Shown: positions 55,350 to 64,000 of the stretch, piece by piece
Layout: every line of letters starts with the position of its first letter
Numbering within the stretch: the first letter of the stretch is position 1
Program-made: the position numbers and the translations under genes
DNA from: Candidatus Omnitrophota bacterium
Lineage (GTDB): Bacteria; Omnitrophota; Gorgyraeia; Zapsychrales; Fredricksoniimonadaceae
Reading direction: 5' to 3'
Assembly: GCA_015233675.1 (NCBI GenBank)
Contig: JADFXH010000003.1
Span: 153,279-217,278, forward strand
DNA: 64,000 nt
Notes under the pieces: generated by a model
The model's database searches: none
What the model was told of the DNA's origin: nothing
Seen by the model: only the letters and a program-made list of their open reading frames with translations

Positions 55350-57765
55350 ATTCTAATTCACCTTTAGCCAAAAGTTCTTGGGCGAAATAGTCCATCAGTT
55401 GGCGGTTTGTATTCAGGATGCCAGCAACTTCTGATAAACATTCCTGCAGGATGCTTTGTACATCATCATCCAGAATTTCTTTTGTTTTTTCTGAAATAAA
55501 AGACTGGCCTTGAAAACCTACCAGATCGTCCCAATTGCCGATGCGGCCGGATTTTCCCATTCCGTATTGCCAGACCATGCTATGAGCGAATCCCATGGCC
55601 AATTGAAAATCAGCGCTGACGCCGGAACCGGTAGTCGCGTATTTAATGTTTTCTGCGGCGTAAGAGGCCAATAAAACTTTAATTTGGGCCTGGAACCATT
55701 CTTTTTTACGGATATGTACTTCTTCCCGGGGGCGGGGCGCGACGAACCCCAGCGCGCCTTTGCGCGGGATAATGGTTGCTTTGATGACATCGTCGGTTGG
55801 GTGCAGCATGTAACCGATGATGGCATGACCCGATTCATGGTATGCTACCCATTCTTTTTCCGCGGGGCTTAAAATCGTGTTGGATTTAGCGCCATAAAGG
55901 ATGCGGTCATAGGCATCAGAAAGGTCTTTATTGTTAATATGTTCACGTTTTTCGCGTAGCGCGATCAGTCCTGCTTCCCTGATCATGCTGTCAATGTCCG
56001 AAGGAGAGAACCAAAGTGTTTTTCGGCCGAGCATTTCGGGGTTAACGCTGTCATCAATAGTAACCTTGGTCAGGTAGAATTTAAACAGATCAATACGTTC
56101 TTTTAAGTTTGGAAGGTTAACGTAGATTTTTCGTTCAATGCGCCCGGCTCGCAAAATAGCTGGGTCCAATTTATTTTCGGAGACGTTGGTGGCCGCGATG
56201 ACAACGATGTTATTCTCCTGTTGTCGTAGGCCGTCGATTTCAGTCAGGAATTGATTAATGGTGGCATTATGTGAAATCCCCCCGCCGTATCCTCGCTCTT
56301 CGACGCGATGGGTGGCAAAGGTATCGATTTCATCGAAGAAAACAATGCATCCGCCTTCAGCCTTGGCCAACTGACGCGCTTCTTTGAAAATATTCTTCAT
56401 TTTCCGGGCGCCTTCGCCGACATAAATGCCGACCAGATCACTGCCCATGGCCGAAATAAAAGGGAATCCGGATTCCGTGGCCATAGCTTTGGCCAGGTAG
56501 GTTTTTCCGCAACCAGGGGGCCCGAGCAATAAAATCCCCTTGACAATTTTTCCGCCTACACTTTTGACGCGGTTACGGTCCTTCAAGAGGTCAACGAGCT
56601 CCCAGGCCTCTTCCTTAGCGCTGGTCATGCCTATGACTTCATCCCATTTGACATTGACTTTATTGGAAAGGATTTTTTCTTCGCCGGTTTTTTCTATGTT
56701 GGACATCACATCGCCCATGGCCTTAAGAATATCTTCCTGTGTGACGGCAGGGCGCCTGTCCCTCATGACTAAAACACTGGCTTCGCGGACCATATTATGG
56801 ATATCCGCCGGTGAAAACCATTGGGCTTTTTCAGCGACGAAAGGAATGTCGATAGCAGGGTCGCTGGCAACTTTTTTAAGATAATAGCTTATCAGGGCTT
56901 CGCGTTCTTTGGCCGTTGGTTTTTCAATGGTAATTTTGCGGTCAAAACGGCCTGAACGCATGATGGCGGTGTCCATCTTTTCCGGAGGCAAATTGGTAGC
57001 CGCGATAACTACGATATGGTTTTCACGTTTTCTTAAGCCGTCAAGTTCGGTGAGGAATTGATTGATAGTGGCATTATGCGAAATGCCTCCGCCAAATCCC
57101 TGATCTTCTACCCGGGGAGTGGCAAAAGCGTCGATTTCATCAATAAAAATAATACAGCCGCCTTCGACTGCTGCCAATTGGCGGGCTTTTTTAAAGAGGG
57201 ATTTGATGCGTGCCGCGCCCATTCCCATAAAGATCGCCACAAATTCACTGCCTACCGCTGATAAGAAGGGCAGTTTGCATTCAGAGGCCATGGCCTTGGC
57301 TAAATAGGTTTTTCCGCAGCCCGGAGGTCCGACCATCAAAACGCCTTTAATCATGGTTCCGCCCATGGCTTTGACTTTACTGGCATCCTTGATAAATTGT
57401 ACAATTTCCCAGGCATCGCGTTTGGCATTTTCCATGCCAATGACGTCATCCCATTTGACATCCGCGCGAGCGGTTTCGGCGCTGTCTTTACTGAGCATCT
57501 TAGACATGCCGCCGCCCATCATAAAGTACATTTGGAAGTATGAAAAAAGTATGGCTTGGATAACGCTGATGACCAGAAACACCACTAAATAGATGCCCAT
57601 TTGGGCCATCATGTTTTTACGGTAAAACCCTTCCATGCCAAAGAAGCTGGTTCCTCCATAATACATAAAAACAAATAAAAAAGTAATCAGACCCGCCCCA
57701 ATGGCATAGAGCATGATACCTTTCCAATAGACACGGATAAATTTAAAAAAACGATTTTTCATCAT
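55276..57765 (-). CDS. FtsH-like membrane metalloprotease with two tandem AAA+ modules
   Basis: Two N-terminal TM helices. D1 has GPPGCGKTYLAKAMA / IIFIDEIDAF / ATNLP...RSGRFD. D2 has GPPGCGKTYLAKAMA / IVFFDEIDTF / ATNVS...RAGRIE. An M41 domain with HESGHAIIGY follows. Confidence 0.85.
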   Translation of the reverse strand: MMKNRFFKFIRVYWKGIMLYAIGAGLITFLFVFMYYGGTSFFGMEGFYRKNMMAQMGIYLVVFLVISVIQAILFSYFQMYFMMGGGMSKMLSKDSAETARADVKWDDVIGMENAKRDAWEIVQFIKDASKVKAMGGTMIKGVLMVGPPGCGKTYLAKAMASECKLPFLSAVGSEFVAIFMGMGAARIKSLFKKARQLAAVEGGCIIFIDEIDAFATPRVEDQGFGGGISHNATINQFLTELDGLRKRENHIVVIAATNLPPEKMDTAIMRSGRFDRKITIEKPTAKEREALISYYLKKVASDPAIDIPFVAEKAQWFSPADIHNMVREASVLVMRDRRPAVTQEDILKAMGDVMSNIEKTGEEKILSNKVNVKWDEVIGMTSAKEEAWELVDLLKDRNRVKSVGGKIVKGILLLGPPGCGKTYLAKAMATESGFPFISAMGSDLVGIYVGEGARKMKNIFKEARQLAKAEGGCIVFFDEIDTFATHRVEERGYGGGISHNATINQFLTEIDGLRQQENNIVVIAATNVSENKLDPAILRAGRIERKIYVNLPNLKERIDLFKFYLTKVTIDDSVNPEMLGRKTLWFSPSDIDSMIREAGLIALREKREHINNKDLSDAYDRILYGAKSNTILSPAEKEWVAYHESGHAIIGYMLHPTDDVIKATIIPRKGALGFVAPRPREEVHIRKKEWFQAQIKVLLASYAAENIKYATTGSGVSADFQLAMGFAHSMVWQYGMGKSGRIGNWDDLVGFQGQSFISEKTKEILDDDVQSILQECLSEVAGILNTNRQLMDYFAQELLAKGELEYDEIEAIFQKFGIKPTSRPILAAS

Positions 57766-57877
57766 AAGTTCGTCCTTGAGAATATGTTATAAATCCTGTC
57801 AGAAATCACATAATAGTAAAGTATAACATATAAACAAAAAATCCTCCTCAAAATGTTTAATCCTTTTTGAAGAATGA

Positions 57878-58849
57878 TTAATGAGTTACTGCTATCAGCT
57901 TTGATTTCACCTTTTCCACTACATCAGCGGGTGCTGGGGTTGTGCTGACAGGAGGGATACTTTGAGAAGTAACTGTCTGGTATTTTGTGGCTTGAGCCTG
58001 CTGCTGGACAGGGATGACAAGCGCTTCGCGGGCCGCTAACATTGCGGCCAGAGTATCATTTTGTTGATTCTGCCGCGCAATGCTTTGCGAAACTTTGCTG
58101 TTGGATGGTATTGGATTTATAGTAGGCAGATTGGATTGGTTGCTGTTTCCCGTATTGCTTCCCGAATTGCCTCCCGAGTTGCTTCCGGAATTATCTCCCG
58201 AATTGTCTCCCGGGGTATTCCCTGAATTGTCCCCTGCGGTATTCTCTGAATTGGTTATAAGATTAGTTGCTGAATTAACCTCAGAATTGTTCCCTGAGTT
58301 ATTTTCGGCATTAGTCCCCGTATTATTTTCAGCACTGTTATTTATATTGTTTCCTAAGTCAGTTCCCATGCCGCTTTCCGAATTAATTTCGGAATTATAT
58401 TCCGTATTATATGTTGCGTTGTCATCAGGATTATTGGTTTTGGTGGTTTCTGAATTGTTTTCAATGTCAATGCCTGAATGGTTTGCCCCATTAATTTCTG
58501 GATTATTCTCGGGACTGTTCTTCCCTTGGGCAGTATTAGCACCTTGCTCTGTTGTCCCTTGGAGGGCTTGCCCATTCAAAGGGTTCTTGCCTGGCAGCGT
58601 GCTGCCAAAGACTGGATTATTTTGGTTTGAAGTGTTAGTCCCGCTGGATGTTCCTCCGGCGGATGTCCTGTGGTTTCCTATTCCTATTATATTCAACAGG
58701 AATTGGAAAAGATTGTCAGTTGAGGAAACATTTGAAACGGTGGATGTAGTGACATTTTTTGATGTTTGGTGTCCCCAATAGAAGGCGCTCATCAGGACGA
58801 GGATAATCCCTATCATCCCTATTATCGGTAATTTATTTTTTTTATTCAT
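57878..58849 (-). CDS. membrane-anchored Asn/Ser/Gly/Thr-rich low-complexity protein
   Basis: N-terminal TM LPIIGMIGIILVLMSAFYW, then NSGNNSEVNS...GDNSGNTPGDNSGDNSGSNSGGNSGSNTGNSNQSN. Confidence 0.6.
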   Translation of the reverse strand: MNKKNKLPIIGMIGIILVLMSAFYWGHQTSKNVTTSTVSNVSSTDNLFQFLLNIIGIGNHRTSAGGTSSGTNTSNQNNPVFGSTLPGKNPLNGQALQGTTEQGANTAQGKNSPENNPEINGANHSGIDIENNSETTKTNNPDDNATYNTEYNSEINSESGMGTDLGNNINNSAENNTGTNAENNSGNNSEVNSATNLITNSENTAGDNSGNTPGDNSGDNSGSNSGGNSGSNTGNSNQSNLPTINPIPSNSKVSQSIARQNQQNDTLAAMLAAREALVIPVQQQAQATKYQTVTSQSIPPVSTTPAPADVVEKVKSKLIAVTH

Positions 58850-58867
58850 TTAGCACCTTAACATTTC

Positions 58868-60376
58868 CTATAATTCAGTAATGCTTAATTTGCTGTAGAC
58901 TGCCTGTCCTGAACTATTGATCATAGGAGGAAATCCCGGTGGAGATATTTTCGCAAGCCTGGGATCATAGGATTGTATTTGGTTCCATCCTCCCCACAAA
59001 TTCCCGGATAGGTCCATTTCGCCTGTTGCCCCGCAAACATAATTGATCAAACTGCCGAACTGGTCCATGACCGCAGTATTAGCGTCTCCCCTGTAAACCC
59101 ACCACTGGTCCACTTGAAATGAGCCTGTCATTGCCATCATGACAGCAGATAGTTCCAGCTGATTTGGGGCAGAGGCCTCGATCACCGTGACATTATTTTG
59201 AGCTACCAAACCAAGCAGATCTTTGCTGTTAGGGTCTCCACCTGTACTCCCAAGTCTGGGAGGGGGATCATTATAGGCAACGTTGCCTGATATGTATATA
59301 TTCTGGTCTGCCGCAACCGTTAACTGCCCGCTGACAGTTCCCTGCACAGTGACATTGCCGTCGTTTTGAGAGGGGGCATTGCAAGCAGGGATAGTACTCG
59401 TGCTTTGTATGTACACGACTCCATTAGCGGGAGGGGGAAGGGTCGTGTTGTTATAGGACGCTATGGTTTTACAACTGGGATCAACAACTTTTCCGGTGAC
59501 AGTAATGGTGCCGTCGGGATTAAAGATAACTGTGCTAGGGATACAGCCGCCGCTGGGACAGCTGGTACTAGGGCCGCTCGAATTGGCTGGGCCGCCGGTT
59601 AAGATTAATCCTTGTCCGTCCGCGGCCACTGAATTGATCAGTTGTAATGTGGTTTGAGGAGGCAAGGTGACTTGAGAGGCATTATTTGTTATAGTGTCAG
59701 GAAAAATTATATTCGGATCACTCGCCAGCGGATTCGACGAAGGAGCTAAACCGTAATAATAGTTAGGCGTGGTCCCGCCGTCCCCATTAGCTTCTGCAAC
59801 CACGCCGTTGAAAATAGGATTACCAAGGATATTGAGCGTCCCATTAGTCTGTACAGGCCCGGTGGTTATCATTTCCAAGCCCGGCAGGCCAACCCCTACC
59901 CACCACAAACCTCCCCCAAAGGCAGGGTTACTTTCAGTCTGACTCCAGTAAGCATACTTAGATATTGATGCCCAGCTTATTTTTAATTGCAAAGTTTTTG
60001 TCGCGTTGCCGAAAGTGCCGGTAGAAATTATCGTATAATTAGTTGCCGGAACAGATGAAAGAGCAAGCGTAACAGTATAATGTCCGGAGCTGGTGCCTAT
60101 CGTGTATGTTCCGCTATCAGTGGCGGGTGATGGGATAAAAGGAGTGTTGGGGTTGGGAATAATGATATTACGGCCGGCTTGCGCTATGCGCTCGTAAGCA
60201 TCTGCCAGACCTGCTTCAGCGACATAGTATGCTTTCTTTTGATTGGCGGTGCGGTTGGCCAGGGTAAGACCGTTAGCAACAACCATTATATAGACCGCCA
60301 TGAATGATACGATCAAAAAAAGGAATATCAGGGAAAAAGTCAGTGCAAATCCTTTATTTTGGCTCAGGTTGAGCAT
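58868..60376 (-). CDS. PilX-like minor pilin / pilus-tip-type protein
   Basis: N-terminus NKGFALTFSLIFLFLIVSFMAVYIMVVANGLTLANRTANQKKAYYVAEAGLADAYERI matches the PilX N-domain pattern. It has no Glu at +5. The C-terminal region is large and Gly/Thr/Asn-rich. Confidence 0.65.
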   Translation of the reverse strand: MLNLSQNKGFALTFSLIFLFLIVSFMAVYIMVVANGLTLANRTANQKKAYYVAEAGLADAYERIAQAGRNIIIPNPNTPFIPSPATDSGTYTIGTSSGHYTVTLALSSVPATNYTIISTGTFGNATKTLQLKISWASISKYAYWSQTESNPAFGGGLWWVGVGLPGLEMITTGPVQTNGTLNILGNPIFNGVVAEANGDGGTTPNYYYGLAPSSNPLASDPNIIFPDTITNNASQVTLPPQTTLQLINSVAADGQGLILTGGPANSSGPSTSCPSGGCIPSTVIFNPDGTITVTGKVVDPSCKTIASYNNTTLPPPANGVVYIQSTSTIPACNAPSQNDGNVTVQGTVSGQLTVAADQNIYISGNVAYNDPPPRLGSTGGDPNSKDLLGLVAQNNVTVIEASAPNQLELSAVMMAMTGSFQVDQWWVYRGDANTAVMDQFGSLINYVCGATGEMDLSGNLWGGWNQIQSYDPRLAKISPPGFPPMINSSGQAVYSKLSITEL

Positions 60377-60978
60377 GTGTGATCCCTCAATAAAACAAAG
60401 GTTGATGCTGAACCGCTGGCAGCCACCCTGTTGTTTGTTGTCCCCATCGGTACATTTGCTGTCAAGGCGACATCAATTTCAGCGACATTGGGCAGTGTTT
60501 TACCATTGTATGTCGCATATGAAAAACGCAGTGTCTTGCTGTTAGTTGCCTGGTTGAAAAAAGAGCTCCCTGCGGGCGCAGAGTAAATTACGTCATAGCC
60601 TAGCGGATTTGATGTTGGGTGATGGTACAGGACCTGGGTGTTTGTAGGGTCTAATGTGTACCAGCGCGCTGTTGGGTCAGAAGCAGTGCAAAGGCTATTT
60701 TGGCAATAATAAAGTATATTAGGATCATTGGTGATGTAAAAAGAATAACCTGTGGCTAAACGAAAGACCCCTCCACCGGGCTCTGTTCCTCCTTCAATGA
60801 TTTTGTTGATTACTATATCTGCTCCGTCCTGGAGGATTTGTCCGGATATCCCGGCAGAGTAAGACTGACTGGATGCATTATAAAAACCATATACGCCGGT
60901 CAGCAAAAGTACGGAAAAACTGACCGCCATTAGCATTTCGAGTAAGGTAAAAGCTTTGTTGTTCATCGTTGTACGCAT
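60364..60978 (-). CDS. prepilin-type N-terminal cleavage/methylation domain protein (PilW-like)
   Basis: MNNKAFTLLEMLMAVSFSVLLLTGVY, with Ala at -1 and Glu at +5. Confidence 0.7.
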   Translation of the reverse strand: MRTTMNNKAFTLLEMLMAVSFSVLLLTGVYGFYNASSQSYSAGISGQILQDGADIVINKIIEGGTEPGGGVFRLATGYSFYITNDPNILYYCQNSLCTASDPTARWYTLDPTNTQVLYHHPTSNPLGYDVIYSAPAGSSFFNQATNSKTLRFSYATYNGKTLPNVAEIDVALTANVPMGTTNNRVAASGSASTFVLLRDHTCST

Positions 60979-60982
60979 AGGC

Positions 60983-61537
60983 TTAATTCAGCATAGAATC
61001 ATTAACTATGATGTCCGTAGCATAATTTTCAGTCATAGGAACTTGGAGGTTGACTATTTGTTCAGTCCACTTTATCTGGACTGTTAAATGAGCTATAATA
61101 TAGTACGAGTACGGGGCTCCGATAGAAGGAGCAAAAACTGCAGTTGGAGAAGCTGTTTTTATTCCGGTATTATTAGTGTAAACTACCGGAGCCACGGTAA
61201 CGGTCGCATTGCCGCAAAAAAGATTTGGATTGCTGTTGCAATCGGTATTGCTATAATCACCTTTTGTGTCCAGTGCCACCCTTCCGATGAGTGGGGTTGA
61301 GTTTGGGTTCACAGCGGCCAGTTGAGGCGCAAAGTAACTAACTGGCTGCTGGCGTTGTGTTTCGATTAATTGCTGGGCTACATATGCGGCCTGGATTTTG
61401 TGTTTGGAATAGGAAGCTAATAACTGACTATTGGTGAGCATGCTTGCCACAAAGGGGAGAAAAACAACCATGATCCCCATGCTGACAAGCACCTCAACGA
61501 GGGTGAACCCGTTTTTTTTGTTATTAAAATTATCCAT
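60983..61537 (-). CDS. prepilin-type N-terminal cleavage/methylation domain protein (PilV-like)
   Basis: MDNFNNKKNG|FTLVEVLVSMGIMVVFLPF has a canonical G|FTLVE. The internal ATG 61537 gives a 10-aa leader. Confidence 0.75.
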   Translation of the reverse strand: MDNFNNKKNGFTLVEVLVSMGIMVVFLPFVASMLTNSQLLASYSKHKIQAAYVAQQLIETQRQQPVSYFAPQLAAVNPNSTPLIGRVALDTKGDYSNTDCNSNPNLFCGNATVTVAPVVYTNNTGIKTASPTAVFAPSIGAPYSYYIIAHLTVQIKWTEQIVNLQVPMTENYATDIIVNDSMLN

Positions 61538-61904
61538 ATATTTTACTGATCTTTCATGATTTTTAATCTCCAAGTATAATCCCTCCTAAATTGTACAGGT
61601 ATTCCACTTGGTCGCAATAAAAAACCCGAATGTTTCTCAAAGGATCTCGAGAAGCAGTCGGGTCATAAAATTTATAATGAATTGCCGTCAGCAGCTCGAC
61701 TGCCATATCCTGCTTGGCTAAAAATACTTTCGCGTTTAGCTTCGCAGAGACTTAGGCTCGATCCTTTGCGTCACCAGCTTTCACTGGTTTTGCCACATAC
61801 TCTAATAAGAGTATGCCACATATTTATCAGCTGTCAAGGGGCTTGACTGTGCATCCAATCTATGTTAGATTACGTTTTCTTATTAGACGTCATAATAATA
61901 TTAA

Positions 61905-63197
<1,293 letters not shown>

Positions 63198-63470
63198 ATG
63201 CTTAAAAACGCTCTTTCACTGTTTATTTTGACGGTCATTATCCTAGCTCTGTTTTTGCCGTCTTATTCGACGATGCAGGATTTAAAGCAGAAAAATTTTG
63301 AGTATGCCCGCAGGATTACGGCATTGGAAGAGAGGAACAAAAAGTTTGAAGAAGAAAGACGCCTGTTACAAACCGACCCTGATTATGTGGAAAAAGTAGG
63401 CCGACAAACGATGGGGTTGGTTCGTCCGGGAGAGACAGTGTACAGGATCGTTCCGGCAGGTCAGAAATAA
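63198..63470 (+). CDS. ftsB: septum formation initiator family protein (FtsB/DivIC)
   Basis: N-terminal TM, a coiled coil, and DPDYVEKVGRQTMGLVRPGETVYRIV. Confidence 0.7.
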   Translation: MLKNALSLFILTVIILALFLPSYSTMQDLKQKNFEYARRITALEERNKKFEEERRLLQTDPDYVEKVGRQTMGLVRPGETVYRIVPAGQK

Positions 63471-63511
63471 TGTCATCCTCGAATGTTTTAATCGGGGATC
63501 CAAAAGAATAT

Positions 63512-63588
63512 CGCGGGGTGGAGCAGCCCGGTAGCTCGCCAGGCTCATAACCTGGAGGTCATAGGTTCAAATCCTGTCCCCGCAACCA
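63512..63588 (+). tRNA. initiator tRNA-fMet (CAU), CCA encoded
   Basis: Close to E. coli tRNA-fMet as I remember it, with the C1-A72 mismatch (CGCGGGG...CCCCGCA) and anticodon loop CTCATAA. The anticodon stem has 2 of the 3 canonical G-C pairs. Confidence 0.9.
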
Positions 63589-63787
63589 TCACAAAGCATG
63601 AGGAGTCAGTGACTTAGGTCATTGGCTCCTTTTGCTTTTTCCCGCCGGATTGTCCCGTGCTAGCACTGTGCTAGCAAAATAATCTTCCCCGCATGATTTC
63701 AAAAACTGCTTTTGCGTTGGTTTTAAATCTTTATTGTTGGTTGTAGTTTTGGTATGATGAACCAAATCAAGAAAATTTGAGGAAAAA

Positions 63788-64000
63788 GTGCATATCAAAC
63801 CACCCATCGACAACTATCCTTACAAGAGAAAATTTCCCAGACCAATAGAGGTTTTTGGTAACGGAGATTATTCAGGGTATTTTGTGCGTGGTCAGATTCT
63901 TGATTTTCCTTATGAAAGTTATGGCCCCGTAGGGAAGAAGTTAATCTTTTATCATCAGCTTCGATTACTGGTTCTAGTTAGCAGGGTATACAAAGATCAG
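63788..64000 (+). CDS. hypothetical protein, 3' end outside the window
   Basis: Open frame from GTG 63788 (preceded by GAGGAAAAA) to the window end: VHIKPPIDNYPYKRKFPRPIEVFGNGDYSGYF... No motif recognised. Confidence 0.25.
   Translation, partial: MHIKPPIDNYPYKRKFPRPIEVFGNGDYSGYFVRGQILDFPYESYGPVGKKLIFYHQLRLLVLVSRVYKDQ

Noticed and set aside
58080-58781. 233-aa plus-strand ORF rich in PEL/SEL repeats
   Set aside because: It is the antisense reading of the Asn/Ser/Gly-rich minus-strand gene. That gene has a TM anchor and operon context; the plus-strand ORF has no start context.
63589-64000. Second integration event downstream of the initiator tRNA
   Set aside because: Unknown small ORFs follow the tRNA. 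No integrase, no direct repeat of the tRNA 3' end and no mobile-element gene is visible before the window ends, so the idea cannot be supported.

Overview
64-kb window from a bacterium with a Gram-negative-type envelope (LptD, GT9 heptosyltransferase, GmhB) and an anaerobe-type rubrerythrin. It is probably an uncultivated lineage. The giant ORFs and the IPAFAGMT-type REP repeats remind me of Omnitrophota-like genomes, but I cannot verify that from sequence alone. Layout: (1) 1-6.2 kb: a 5'-truncated histidine kinase, a secreted Cys-rich protein with a (Gly-Thr)n tract, a ROK glucokinase and LptD. (2) 6.3-24.4 kb: one long plus-strand glycan operon with many 4-nt start/stop overlaps. It holds ugd, UDP-xylose synthase, half-size TPP E1 alpha/beta-like proteins, an Fcl-like reductase, an SDR, a B12-radical SAM enzyme, a GHMP kinase, a nucleotidyltransferase, a ColD-like Lys-to-His sugar 3-dehydratase, several glycosyltransferases, a DegT aminotransferase and GmhB. 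Two related foldback elements and a 50-bp REP-like tandem array interrupt it. (3) 24.4-29.2 kb: a PriA-like protein without a Walker A motif, fmt, and two tandem GalT-like paralogs. (4) 29.3-35.6 kb: a 6.3-kb island integrated into tRNA-Phe and bounded by a 28-bp direct repeat, carrying a serine recombinase, XRE regulators, redox cargo, an excisionase and a tyrosine integrase. (5) 35.6-61.6 kb: accessory region. It holds an internally duplicated Zn-ribbon/HNH-like protein, a frameshifted GT-C gene and rubrerythrin/FeoA. It also holds two giant paralogous secreted modular proteins (1298 and 1617 aa) with a shared head and tail, an orphan tail ORF, and a TMTC-like GT-C/TPR protein. An MFS transporter, purN, a pilin-like gene and a RelE/RHH toxin-antitoxin pair follow. 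A minus-strand operon then encodes pseudopilins, a PilX-like protein, an Asn/Ser-rich protein, an FtsH with two AAA+ modules, and a lipoprotein. (6) 61.9-64 kb: eno, ftsB, initiator tRNA. The best candidate for something undescribed is the giant-protein locus with its recurring D-x-A-M junction motif. The tandem-AAA FtsH/pseudopilin operon lies 70 bp downstream on the opposite strand. All calls rest on reading motifs by eye; no database search was run.
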